37,764 nucleotides of DNA from Anaerolineae bacterium (lineage in GTDB: Bacteria; Chloroflexota; Anaerolineae; J102): NCBI GenBank assembly GCA_011371305.1, contig DRQW01000165.1:1-37764 (forward strand), in the 5' to 3' direction. Shown in pieces: positions 20,750 to 29,897 of this stretch. Under the pieces are notes generated by a model. It did not search any database and was not told where the DNA came from. It saw only the letters and a program-made list of their open reading frames with translations. A program made the position numbers and the translations under genes. How positions within the stretch are numbered: the first letter of the stretch is position 1; every line of letters starts with the position of its first letter.

Positions 20750-20812
20750 GGCGTGAGACGTGATGCGTGAAACGTAAGGACTTTACCGCATCACGCATCA
20801 CGTTTCACGTCG
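20750..20812. repeat. Heptamer palindrome (CGTGAGA/CGTGATG/CGTGAAA ... CATCACG/TTTCACG)
   Basis: Same units as 22912-22969; lies between convergent genes. Confidence 0.85.
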
Positions 20813-20865
20813 AAAGGTTTTTCACCCACGATTGACTCGTCTGATCTTTGCAAATCAACGCCCCG

Positions 20866-21573
20866 TTATTGGGGTATGGGCGGCCGCCAGGGGCGACGCG
20901 CGGGCCCGCCTTGGTCCAGAAGTAGGTCGGACTGCACCCGAGCCCGGTCCTCGTCGGTTTCGAAGTGCAGATAAAAAACGTCCTCCAGGGGTTTGCCCTT
21001 TTCGTTGAACCGACGATAGCGCAGGCGTAGGGCCGGTTCCTCTTTCCCCCCGAAGTAAATCCGTCCTGGTGTCACATCCAGCAGGTTTTCTGGTGTGACG
21101 AACTGATACCACATGCCCAAATGGTGGGGCGGGAACTCGCCGATCCGGAGGAAGCGGATGGGGGTTAGGCGGGCCATGATCGCATGCTCCCGGGTTTCGA
21201 AAGTGCGGTAGTAAGCGATGAGCCGGGTCCAGTTCCCTTCCTTGCCCTCAACCTCGAAATGGCCGGTCGCGTGGTGCAGGAGCTTGTCGTGGGGCCAGAG
21301 GGGAGGGGGCGGGTCTTCGGGCGGTTCGGGGGTCTCGGGAACGAAATGGACATAATATCGGCGGCGGGCGTAACGGGAAAGCAGGCTGAGCAGGAGCATG
21401 AGCGCCAGCAACGAGAGCGCCACATGGAATCGGCCCGGAACATGGATGAGCAACCCCAGCAGGGCGCAAGTCACCAGCACCCAGTTCAACCAGCTGCGCA
21501 TCCGCACCTCGAAAAAGAAGGTGTTGTCCAGCAGGTACAGGAGGCGATAGAGATGCCCGATGAACCGATGCAT
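20866..21573 (-). CDS. Hypothetical membrane protein (two N-terminal TM helices and a soluble beta-rich domain)
   Basis: Starts 3 bp after the stop of the upstream SDR gene on the same strand; hydrophobic hairpin then a Pro-rich linker. Confidence 0.75.
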   Translation of the reverse strand: MHRFIGHLYRLLYLLDNTFFFEVRMRSWLNWVLVTCALLGLLIHVPGRFHVALSLLALMLLLSLLSRYARRRYYVHFVPETPEPPEDPPPPLWPHDKLLHHATGHFEVEGKEGNWTRLIAYYRTFETREHAIMARLTPIRFLRIGEFPPHHLGMWYQFVTPENLLDVTPGRIYFGGKEEPALRLRYRRFNEKGKPLEDVFYLHFETDEDRARVQSDLLLDQGGPARRPWRPPIPQ

Positions 21574-21576
21574 GGG

Positions 21577-22485
21577 TTACTTTCTTCTCCCCAATTCACT
21601 GGCATAGGCCCGGCCCAGATCGTGGGCGTGTGTCCGGGCCCAGTCGGTGAGCCGCGTTGTCCCCGCGGGCGGGGCATCGGCATAGAGCAGGTCATCCATC
21701 AATGCCTGCACCTCTTCCCAGGTGAGGAACACATCCCGCTGCCATTTCCCAATGGCCCAGGCTACCATATAGCCCAAACGCGGGGGAACGGAGATGATGG
21801 GACGAGGTTTGCCGATGATCTCGCCGAGGGTGCGGACCAGTTCCCGGTAGGTGAAGGTCTCAGGCCCGATTGCGTCGATAATCACGTTTTCGCGGGCTTC
21901 GCCCTGGGCTACGGCCAGGTCCGCGAAGTCCTCAACATAGATGGGTTGTAGGCGATAGTGGCCATCACCGAAGACGCCGATGATGGGAAAACGGCGTAGG
22001 GCCCAAGCGATGTTGTTGATGAGGATGTCCTCTGGGCCGAAGATGACGCCCGGGCGCAGGATGGCGTAGGAAATGCCTGTGGATTTGAGTGCTTCCTCCA
22101 CCTGGGCTTTGCCCCGATAATAGCCGTAGGGGGAGTCGAGGGAGGGGTTGAGGATGCTGGTGTGGACGATGCGCTCGACTCCTGCGGCGCGGGCGGCCTC
22201 GAATAACGTTCGGGAGTTGCGCACGGCCTGGTCGAAGGTGAAGGTTTTGTAGTTGAAGCGCACCCAGTAGGTGTTGTACAAGACAGTCACCCCGCGCAGG
22301 GTCGCGACCAGGCGGTCGGGCTGGTCCCAGTGGAAAGGATAGGCCCGCACCTGGCCGTGGAAGGGATCCGGTTTGTGGGTGGAATTCGTGAGGGTGATGA
22401 CGTGATGGCCGCGGGCAAGCAGGCGTTGGGCGATGTATTTTCCGGTGTAGCCAAACGCACCGGTGACAGCATGGAGTTCGGACAT
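21577..22485 (-). CDS. NAD-dependent epimerase/dehydratase family (atypical SDR, NDUFA9-like)
   Basis: VTGAFGYTG, YYRGK (YxxxK), ILRPGVIFG and QPIYVED motifs. Confidence 0.9.
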   Translation of the reverse strand: MSELHAVTGAFGYTGKYIAQRLLARGHHVITLTNSTHKPDPFHGQVRAYPFHWDQPDRLVATLRGVTVLYNTYWVRFNYKTFTFDQAVRNSRTLFEAARAAGVERIVHTSILNPSLDSPYGYYRGKAQVEEALKSTGISYAILRPGVIFGPEDILINNIAWALRRFPIIGVFGDGHYRLQPIYVEDFADLAVAQGEARENVIIDAIGPETFTYRELVRTLGEIIGKPRPIISVPPRLGYMVAWAIGKWQRDVFLTWEEVQALMDDLLYADAPPAGTTRLTDWARTHAHDLGRAYASELGRRK

Positions 22486-22665
22486 GGGGAAGTCAGTGAG
22501 TTTGCGCCTAAGGCTGCACCTTCGGGCTTTGGATTATCAAGCCTCTTCGGATCTATTTCAATAGCTTATTGTATCACATCCTGGCGACGGTTTTTATTCC
22601 AAATTTTTTCCCAAATATCCCAAATTTTATCCCAAATCATGGAACGGGTGCTTGGTCCGGTTGAG

Positions 22666-23002
22666 GCCTGCTTTGAAAATAGATTTCGGTAGACCGGGAA
22701 ACCGGGTAGACCAGTAGACCGGGTGGAGGAGCGAATCGGCCCGGTTTCCCTGGTTTCCGGGTTTCCTGGTTTACCGGTTACGGGGCTGCACAGCCCGCCA
22801 TTTTCATCCGTATCGGCGCAGGCGAGCCTGCCATCGGACTGCTATGAAAACAGGATTCGGATCAGGATTAGGATTGAAGTCGTCAGGATAACGTTGAGCG
22901 AGGCGCCAACGGGCGTGAAACGTGATGCGTGAAACGTGAGGACTTACGCATCACGCATGACGCATTACGGCGTCGGCTTCCTCCGCCACCTTGGCCGCAA
23001 GG
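22666..23002 (+). repeat. Mosaic repeat copy A (~335 bp): octamer palindrome, small hairpin, module M, AGGATT hexamers, heptamer palindrome
   Basis: Colinear and highly similar to the reverse complement of 37381-37708; the 5' part also matches 1-144. Confidence 0.92.
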
Positions 23003-23095
23003 TGGGCAGGTGGCAGGTCAAATGGCGCAATCCACCTGCCACCTGCCACTTGCAAACTTGCAAACCTGACTTGGCACCTTGACGCCTTGGCGTGC
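22994..23095. repeat. GCAGGTG/CACCTGC/CACTTGC heptamer palindrome followed by a nonamer arm
   Basis: Same architecture as 4228-4346. The nonamer arm 23070-23094 is the near reverse complement of 153-179. Confidence 0.8.
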
Positions 23096-23123
23096 GATTT
23101 CGGTACGTATCGTCGCGAGGGGA

Positions 23124-24761
23124 TTACACCTTGCGGAAGGTGACTGTGCGCCCGCGCAAGCGGGTGGAAGGCACCCGCTGCAAGATGCGGTCCACGTACT
23201 CTTCCTGTACCTCGATATAGGTGAATCGATCGCGGATATCGATGTTGCCCACCGCGCGACCGGGCACATTGGCCTCGTTGGCGATGGCCCCCACGATATC
23301 CTTGGGCCGCACGCCGATGTCATATCCGGCATCCATCACCAGCCGCACATACCCCTCCTCGACCTCGCGATCTTCGTAGATGCGCTCACGGGGCTGCGGG
23401 CGGGGTGAACTGGGCCGGTAGCCACCGGGCGTATAACGGCGCTGGTCATACTGCTGAGGCCGCTGCCGCTCGAAGACGCGCTCCGTTTCCTGAGGCTTTT
23501 GGCTGAGGATAACCGCGGCCGCGGCGATCTCGGACCAATCGATGCCTTCTCGGGCCAGATCGTTGAGCAGAAGCATGTACGGCTCCAGATGCTCGCGATG
23601 CACGATGGCCTTGATGCGTTTCTTGTAGGATTCCGCCTTCTGGGCGACGATGCTGGCCCGGGTGGGGGAAAGCACCGCGCGGATGCGCTGGCCCAAATGG
23701 GTTTCGATCTCATTGAGCAGGGCCCGATGTCGCCCCAAAACCAGGCTGAAATGCACGCCGTTCTCTTCCACAAGCCGAGAACGAGCCACATAGGTCTGGA
23801 TATCGGGGGCCACATCATAGCTGATAACGTAGGGGGATTCCAGCATCAGTTCTTCCCCGGCCGCGTCGGTGAGCACCAGGAAGGAGAGAACACCCTCTTG
23901 CCAGCGCCTCACCGCGGCCTCACGTTCATCCGGCCCCATGCCCATGTGGATGGCGGCGCTGTTGTAGCCGCGCGTGTTCAAGTCGAAAGCGATATTCTCG
24001 ACCCGCGGGCGCAGGCTGGCGAAAATCAGCGCGCGAGAAATGTTCTCACCATCGAGGAGGCGGATCAACGCATCCTCTTTATCGCCCGATGGAATGGCCT
24101 GATAGCGGTGGTTGATCAAGGGCACGGTAATGGCCACCGGCTCCCGCTGGACCATGACCGGCTCGAAGAGATGCTCATCCGCGAAATCCTGAAGGGTCTC
24201 TTCCACCTTGGCCGCGAAGAGGGTCGTTTGCCGGCCCGCGGGCATCATGTCGAAAAGTTCTTCGATAACCGCCTGCTGACGGCGGGAGAGCAGGTAATCG
24301 ATATCCTCGATAACCACGTATTGGATGTGTTCCAGGCTGAGGGCTTCGCGATTGACATGCTCGCGAATGCGCGGAGGGGTGCCGATGATGATGGCCGCGG
24401 TCTCGTCCAGTTGCTCCGCTTCGCGCGCGAGGGAACGTCCCGCGTAAAGCGAGACCACCCGCAGTTCCTTGTGGGGATTGAGCTTCTGGAACAAGGCCCC
24501 TGCCCGAATCGCATTGTCGCTACCCCCAACCAATACCAGCACTTGCGCTCCTGATGTTTCCACATCCAGGGTCTGCAAAATGGGGAGAGCATAGGCGGTG
24601 GTACGCCCACTGCCCGAAGGCGCTTCGGCCAGGATATCACGTCCGGCGAGAATGTGGGGGATGATCTCGGTCTGGAGGGCAGTCGGTTTTTCCAGACCCA
24701 TCGCTTCCAACCCCGCGATCAACTCTGGGGTTAAACCTAAATCCATGAATGTTTGAGTCAT
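23124..24761 (-). CDS. DeaD/CsdA-like DEAD-box protein with degenerate catalytic motifs and a C-terminal DbpA RNA-binding domain
   Basis: Q motif (F..LGL...PTALQ), GTPPRI, two RecA-like domains and VRPKDIVGAIANEA...VGNIDIRDRFTYIEV; motifs II, III, V and VI altered. Confidence 0.88.
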   Translation of the reverse strand: MTQTFMDLGLTPELIAGLEAMGLEKPTALQTEIIPHILAGRDILAEAPSGSGRTTAYALPILQTLDVETSGAQVLVLVGGSDNAIRAGALFQKLNPHKELRVVSLYAGRSLAREAEQLDETAAIIIGTPPRIREHVNREALSLEHIQYVVIEDIDYLLSRRQQAVIEELFDMMPAGRQTTLFAAKVEETLQDFADEHLFEPVMVQREPVAITVPLINHRYQAIPSGDKEDALIRLLDGENISRALIFASLRPRVENIAFDLNTRGYNSAAIHMGMGPDEREAAVRRWQEGVLSFLVLTDAAGEELMLESPYVISYDVAPDIQTYVARSRLVEENGVHFSLVLGRHRALLNEIETHLGQRIRAVLSPTRASIVAQKAESYKKRIKAIVHREHLEPYMLLLNDLAREGIDWSEIAAAAVILSQKPQETERVFERQRPQQYDQRRYTPGGYRPSSPRPQPRERIYEDREVEEGYVRLVMDAGYDIGVRPKDIVGAIANEANVPGRAVGNIDIRDRFTYIEVQEEYVDRILQRVPSTRLRGRTVTFRKV

Positions 24762-24861
24762 GTTGTTACCTCACAATGTTCACAGGTGTCACAGATGGGG
24801 AGAGGGGCGAGAGAATGGATGGCTTCCCAAGGGTCATGGGTTACCCCACGCCAACATGTGA

Positions 24862-24890
24862 ACTATAACACAATTCATCAGGGAATGCAA
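24862..24890 (-). promoter_or_regulatory. Sigma70-type promoter for the DEAD-box-like gene
   Basis: On the - strand TTGCAT, 17 bp, TATAGT, with an extended TG. Confidence 0.65.
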
Positions 24891-24940
24891 CCCATCCTGA
24901 ATTTTGAAATACACTTTTGATAGAAACATTCGACAAGCAC

Positions 24941-24971
24941 ATAAAAACGATCTCTCTTTTGAGAGATCGTT
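24941..24971 (-). terminator. Intrinsic terminator downstream of the FmdB-family gene
   Basis: AACGATCTCTC-TTTT-GAGAGATCGTT 11-bp stem; T-tract follows on the - strand. Confidence 0.85.
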
Positions 24972-25000
24972 GCCACGAAGTGAAAAAACTCGAAAGAAAT

Positions 25001-25300
25001 TCAATCCGTGCTTGCTTTCGTGGCCTCAGCCGTGGAACTGGATGAGGTTTCCTTCTTGGATCCCGAATCGTTGCCATTGGAGGATGCCCGTTTTGCCGGT
25101 GCGCCCGCGGCATTTTTCCCACGCGAATCGGTCACGTAGAAGCCAGAGCCCTTGAAAACAATGGCAGGCGCGGAGAAACGCCGGGTCACATGCGCGCTGT
25201 CATGGCAAACAGGGCATGGAGGCGTGCCCGTATCGGAAAAAGAGCGCCTTACTTCAAAATCGACGTGACACTGATTGCAGTGGAACTCATACAAGGGCAT
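25001..25300 (-). CDS. FmdB-family zinc-ribbon protein
   Basis: MPLYEFHCNQC...CPVC...FKGSGFYVTD followed by a low-complexity tail. Confidence 0.92.
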   Translation of the reverse strand: MPLYEFHCNQCHVDFEVRRSFSDTGTPPCPVCHDSAHVTRRFSAPAIVFKGSGFYVTDSRGKNAAGAPAKRASSNGNDSGSKKETSSSSTAEATKASTD

Positions 25301-25445
25301 GATGATCTCTCCCAATGGTGCTTGGATTCAGGACTTCTAATCATAAGCCAGAAGGCATGGTTTCGTCAACCCGAAGGCACCTGCGGGCCGATGACTTCTT
25401 AGATGCACCTTAATGGGAAAAAGTTAGATACAGGTATGAAAAACA

Positions 25446-27806
25446 TTAGCGTTGGGTTAGAGCCATGTCGGGCGGATAGGGTTGCTGGCGGAGCTCAACA
25501 CGCTGACCATCGGTGATGATCTCCACCATGGCGTCGTTGGGAATGCGGACCAGGCCCGGATAGGTCTCGAACCGCCGCTGCACACCGGGTGGGTAGGTGG
25601 TCCCTTGGGGCTGGAGGATGGTTTGCGGTTGGAGCGCCACCAGCAGGTCGGGATGAGGCCACGCGCCAGTGCCGGGCCAGGGCGTCACCAGCAGGGTGAC
25701 CGGGGTCAGAAGGCCGCGGGCCAGCCAGCGGGCCTGGGTGGCCTGGCTGTTGGTCAGGGGCAGCAGCGTGGTGAATTGGCCAAAACGCAGGCGGTAGAGG
25801 CGGGGTTCGGCCGGAGGCGCGTCCAAAAGCACCAGCGACACATCCTTTTCCAAACGGATGACCGTGCCCGGTCCGAGGGGAGTTTCGGGCGTGAACACGG
25901 CCCGCGCCCTCACTTCAGGCATCTCGGCGCGGTTTTCCAGGATGAGCAGATCGACAGAGCCACCGCCTGGCAGGGTTCGTAGGATCGCAGCCAGCGGCGC
26001 TTCCCCGACCGCGTCATCCACCAACAGGACACGTCTTCCCGATGGTGTGGTCAGGTGCCAGACGGCTCTCTCACCCAGCCCCAGCAGGCGCACATGCAAT
26101 CGCCCATCGGGCCGGGCGGCCCAGGCAGTCGCCCCCACCCACAGGAAACCCAGGATCACGCCCGCGGCCATGGCCGCACGCACCAGGGCCGGACGGTACC
26201 GAGGCGGTATCAACGCCCGCGCGCCCTGCTCCTGCCGAAACAGCCACCACAAAAACCCGACCAGGAACAGGATGTAATACCACGCGGCCAGCAAGCGCCC
26301 GAACGCACCCACCTCCACCGACCCCCAGGGGATCGCGGCCATCCGTTCCACCACGAACACCGTCCACCACAGGCTGGCCCAGGGGATGAGCGCGATGAGT
26401 TGGCCCAGGGGAAAGAACACCGCGGCCAGAGGAATAGCCAGCCCGCCCGCGATGAGAATGGGAGGCTGGACTGGGATGATGAGCAGGTTGGCCAGGAACG
26501 AGATGATGGATAGTCGTCCGAAATAATGCACCACCAGGGGCATGGTCGTGATCTGTGCGGCCAAGGTAATGAGCAGCCCTTCGGCCAGCAGGTTGTTGGC
26601 CAGACGGGGCAGACGTTGGCCCGCCCAGCGGTCCCATCGGGCCTGCAGGGGCTGGCTGAACAGGATCAACCCCAACGTAGCCATGAAGCTGAGCTGAAAG
26701 CCCACATCCCACAGCGTCAGAGGGTTGATGAGCAGCATGGCCAGCCCCGCGATGAACAGGGAAATGATGGCCGCGCTCTGGCGGTTCAACGCCGTGGCGA
26801 TGACATACAGCCCACCCATGATCCCCGCCCGCATCACCGCGGCATCCGCGCCCACCAGCAGCACATACAGCCCGATACCTGCCAGGGTGAAGATAGCCGC
26901 GAGGGGCTTGCGCCCACGGGCGATGGCGGAAAACAGCAGAAGCAGGATGGCCGAGACCAACGCAATGTTTGAGCCACTGATGACGATGACGTGGGAGGTT
27001 CCCGTCAGGTTGAATTGTTCATAGAGATCGCGGGGGATGCCGCTTTCGATGCCCAGGATCATGCCGTTGGCCAGGGCCGCGTAGGGTTGGGGCATGAGCT
27101 GATCCAGCAGGGCGCTGGCCCGGGCCCGCACGGCATACAGGGCCGCCAGCAGGGGGTTGCCCTGATCCCTGGCCAGCAAATGCAGTTCTGCCCGCCGCAC
27201 GAGGGTATGAACCCCCCTGCGGGCCAGATAGCGGCGATAGTCGAAGCCTGGAAAGGTCGGTGGCGCCATGGGAACACCCCGCACCTTCACCCGGTCGCCG
27301 TACTGAAACCCCACTTGGTCGGTGCGCACCAACGCCCGGCCCGAGACTGGCAGCTTCTCCTCCCCATCCCAGATGGCATCCATCCGCACCACATACTGCG
27401 CGCCGCTCTCCCGCACCACGGGATAGCTGACGATGACGCCCTCCATGACCCGCGGGCGGCCGTAGGGGTCGGCCGCGTGGTGATGCACCAGGGCATCGGG
27501 CGGGAAACAGGGCTCGAACGGGTGGGAGAGATAACGCCACGCGCCCAGCAGGAGGAAGAGGACAACCACCGTAGGAATCAGCACCCGACGGCGGTGGCGT
27601 CCCCACCACAGCATGGGCGCCAGAACCAGGACCGGGAGCAGCAGCCAGCGGGGATCGGGCGACAGCCGCTCGCCCGCACAGCCGAACCCGCCCCGGGCCA
27701 CCCACTCATACCCTGCGACCACCCCTGCAGCCAGCCCCAGCGCCGCATACACAGGCAAGTAGGGCGTGGGCGGACGATAGGTTTGCCTGAAAGAAGACAT
27801 CGACAT
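25446..27806 (-). CDS. comEC: ComEC/Rec2 DNA-uptake channel with a degenerate metallo-beta-lactamase domain
   Basis: OB-like region FDYRRYLARRG, GTSHVIVISGSNI, AVMRAGIMG, NPLTLWDVGFQLSF and ANLLIIP; GGAGGTG SD. Confidence 0.92.
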   Translation of the reverse strand: MSMSSFRQTYRPPTPYLPVYAALGLAAGVVAGYEWVARGGFGCAGERLSPDPRWLLLPVLVLAPMLWWGRHRRRVLIPTVVVLFLLLGAWRYLSHPFEPCFPPDALVHHHAADPYGRPRVMEGVIVSYPVVRESGAQYVVRMDAIWDGEEKLPVSGRALVRTDQVGFQYGDRVKVRGVPMAPPTFPGFDYRRYLARRGVHTLVRRAELHLLARDQGNPLLAALYAVRARASALLDQLMPQPYAALANGMILGIESGIPRDLYEQFNLTGTSHVIVISGSNIALVSAILLLLFSAIARGRKPLAAIFTLAGIGLYVLLVGADAAVMRAGIMGGLYVIATALNRQSAAIISLFIAGLAMLLINPLTLWDVGFQLSFMATLGLILFSQPLQARWDRWAGQRLPRLANNLLAEGLLITLAAQITTMPLVVHYFGRLSIISFLANLLIIPVQPPILIAGGLAIPLAAVFFPLGQLIALIPWASLWWTVFVVERMAAIPWGSVEVGAFGRLLAAWYYILFLVGFLWWLFRQEQGARALIPPRYRPALVRAAMAAGVILGFLWVGATAWAARPDGRLHVRLLGLGERAVWHLTTPSGRRVLLVDDAVGEAPLAAILRTLPGGGSVDLLILENRAEMPEVRARAVFTPETPLGPGTVIRLEKDVSLVLLDAPPAEPRLYRLRFGQFTTLLPLTNSQATQARWLARGLLTPVTLLVTPWPGTGAWPHPDLLVALQPQTILQPQGTTYPPGVQRRFETYPGLVRIPNDAMVEIITDGQRVELRQQPYPPDMALTQR

Positions 27807-27936
27807 AGCTCACCTCCTCCAGACAAACTTTGTTGCGTTCGTAGTCACCAACCTTTATTGGGAGATCTCCTGGAATGCCAGTTTATGTATTTTCCCCCAC
27901 TGTTGCAAGCACAAAAAAGGCCTGTGCTTCCCCGCC

Positions 27937-27965
27937 TTGACCATTCTCGCCCGAAACGCTATGAT
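27937..27965 (+). promoter_or_regulatory. Sigma70-type promoter, probably giving a leaderless mRNA
   Basis: TTGACC (27937-27942), 17 bp, TATGAT (27960-27965); ATG follows after 6 nt. Confidence 0.7.
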
Positions 27966-27971
27966 ACCCTC

Positions 27972-29138
27972 ATGCCCCGCATCCTCGTCATCGGCGGCGG
28001 TATCATCGGCGTCGCTTCCGCCTACTTCCTGGGCAAAGCCGGATTCGAAGTCCACCTGCTGGAGCGGGAAATCACCCTCGGCGCGCTGACCACCGCGGCC
28101 TCGCTCCAGGCCGTGCGCGCCCAGTTCGCCGATCCCGTGAACATCGCGTTCATGAAGGAAAGCCTGAGCTTCTATGAGACCTTCGCCCAGCAGCTCGACC
28201 TGCCCGACCACGACATCGGCTTCCACCAGCAAGGCTACCTTTTCGTCACCACGGACGAGGCCATCGCCGCCCGTCAACGGGATCGCGTCGCCTTCCAGCA
28301 CGCCCACGGCCTGGAGGACGTCGAGTATCTGGAAGGCGAGGCGCTGCATCGCCGCTTTCCCTACCTGGCCGGGGAAGCCCTCGCCGCTACCTTCCGCCAG
28401 CGGGATGGCTGGATCTCGGCGCATGAGGCCCTGCTGGGCTTCCGCCAGGCCGCCCGCCGCCACAACGTCCGCTTCCATCTCCAAACCGAGGCTCTGAGCC
28501 TGATCGTCCGGGGCGGGCGGGTGGTCGGGGTCCGCACCCCGGCCGGGGATTGGGAGGCGGACGCGGTGGTCCTGGCCGCGGGCCCCTTCACCGCCCAACT
28601 GGCCCGCACCGCGGATGTCGAACTCCCCCTGCAGCCTGTGCGTCGCCACCGCGTCGTCATCGGCGAGCACGACGCCATCCCCCATTGGGCACCCATGACC
28701 ATCGACGAGGACACGGGCGCGCACTGGCGGCCCGAAGGCCCGGGCGCGGCCCTGGCCTGGGCCGAACCGGAAGCGCCATCCCCACCCCAGCGCCACGTCA
28801 GCCCCGATCCCAACTTCACCTTCCGGGTGATGGAAGGCGTCTATCGGCTGTGTCCCTTCTGGTTGGAGGTGGCGGAAACCCTGAAACGGGATAACGTCTT
28901 CCTCCACGCGGGCCAATACACCGTCTCGCCCGACCACAACCCCCTCATCGGCCCCGTGCCCGACCGTCCGGGGTTGTGGGTCATCAGCGGCTTCAGTGGG
29001 CATGGCGTCATGGCCGCGCCCGCCAGCGCCCGCCTCCTGGCCGACCTCCTCGCCGGTCGTGTTCCTGAGGATGACAACCCCTACGCGGTCGATCGTCCGG
29101 GCCTGGAAGCTGCTGAGGGAGAGAAGATGGTGCTGTAA
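27972..29138 (+). CDS. FAD-dependent oxidoreductase, DAO/sarcosine oxidase beta family
   Basis: VIGGGIIG, GYLF, VVLAAG, SPDHNPLIG and GFSGHGVMAAP motifs. The upstream part of the 715-aa ORF is antisense to comEC and was not used. Confidence 0.92.
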   Translation: MPRILVIGGGIIGVASAYFLGKAGFEVHLLEREITLGALTTAASLQAVRAQFADPVNIAFMKESLSFYETFAQQLDLPDHDIGFHQQGYLFVTTDEAIAARQRDRVAFQHAHGLEDVEYLEGEALHRRFPYLAGEALAATFRQRDGWISAHEALLGFRQAARRHNVRFHLQTEALSLIVRGGRVVGVRTPAGDWEADAVVLAAGPFTAQLARTADVELPLQPVRRHRVVIGEHDAIPHWAPMTIDEDTGAHWRPEGPGAALAWAEPEAPSPPQRHVSPDPNFTFRVMEGVYRLCPFWLEVAETLKRDNVFLHAGQYTVSPDHNPLIGPVPDRPGLWVISGFSGHGVMAAPASARLLADLLAGRVPEDDNPYAVDRPGLEAAEGEKMVL

Positions 29139-29197
29139 GTCAGGATAGCCTGTTCGCAACAACTCCTTTCAGCCTTGCTGGTGCATTGATTCCAGCT

Positions 29198-29280
29198 TGT
29201 GAAACGTGATGCGTAATGCGTAAGGTTTTCACGTTTCACGTTTTCACGCATCACGTGGCTTGCCGCCACCCCCAAGGTTG
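29198..29280. repeat. Heptamer palindrome (CGTGATG/CGTAATG ... TTTCACG/CATCACG) with GGCTTGCCGCCACC flank
   Basis: Same units as copies A and B; the flank resembles 22975-22990. Confidence 0.82.
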
Positions 29281-29325
29281 CGTCCGGCGCACATCTCGCA
29301 AACAACGATACTTTTCTATATCCCC

Positions 29326-29847
29326 ATGCACCGCTTTGCCAACGACCATCCCAACATCACCGGCGTGGTCCTCGCCCTCGTCCTGTTCGGCGCCTTGATC
29401 CTGACCGGGGTCACTTTCTTCCTGCCCGAAATCGCCAGCGCCCTGAATATCGGCCCTGCGCCCGACCGCTCCTGGACGCCGGCCGTGACGCCCACGCCCA
29501 CCTTCACCCCCACCCCCTCACTCCCGCCCGTCACCCCCACTCCCACCATCAACCTGCCACCTGACTTGCCCACGCCCCCGCCCGGTCAGTGGACCTTCCA
29601 GCCGGGGGACGTGGCGGTGAACGTGAACAACGGGCCCGTCAATCTGCGCAAAACCCCGGGCTACAAAGGCAAACCGCCCAGCGACCGCATCGCCCTGGTG
29701 CCCGCGGGCGCAAGGGTGCGCATCCTCCACGGCCCCGCCCTGGCCGATGACCTGGTGTGGTGGTATGTGGACTGGAACGGGCGTCGAGGCTGGATGGCCG
29801 AAACCCGGGCCAGTGGCGTGCCCATGTTAAAAAAGACTCAAGATTAA
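29326..29847 (+). CDS. Membrane-anchored protein with a Pro/Thr linker and a bacterial SH3 domain
   Basis: N-terminal TM helix, TPTPT linker and VNLRKTPG...ILHGP...WWYV...GWMAE. Confidence 0.85.
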   Translation: MHRFANDHPNITGVVLALVLFGALILTGVTFFLPEIASALNIGPAPDRSWTPAVTPTPTFTPTPSLPPVTPTPTINLPPDLPTPPPGQWTFQPGDVAVNVNNGPVNLRKTPGYKGKPPSDRIALVPAGARVRILHGPALADDLVWWYVDWNGRRGWMAETRASGVPMLKKTQD

Positions 29848-29897
29848 AGACTAAAGACCGTCGATTACTGCTCACTGATTACTGACGAGGAGCCCTT

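Noticed and set aside
22598-22637. Short CCAAAT/TCCCAAAT direct repeats upstream of the SDR gene
   Set aside because: Irregular spacing and no inverted partner; could be an operator or a repeat relic but cannot be supported.
22723-22932. 69-aa ORF with an 83-aa near-twin at 37451-37702 (-)
   Set aside because: Both are translations of the mosaic repeat (RIRIRI comes from AGGATT hexamers), their starts differ and there is no clear SD. The similarity reflects DNA duplication.
22666-23095. Possible CRISPR array or guide-RNA array
   Set aside because: No constant repeat with unique regularly sized spacers, and no cas-like gene in the window.
26991-27971. N-terminal 327 aa of the 715-aa ORF
   Set aside because: Antisense to comEC; the oxidase fold begins at ATG 27972 behind its own promoter.
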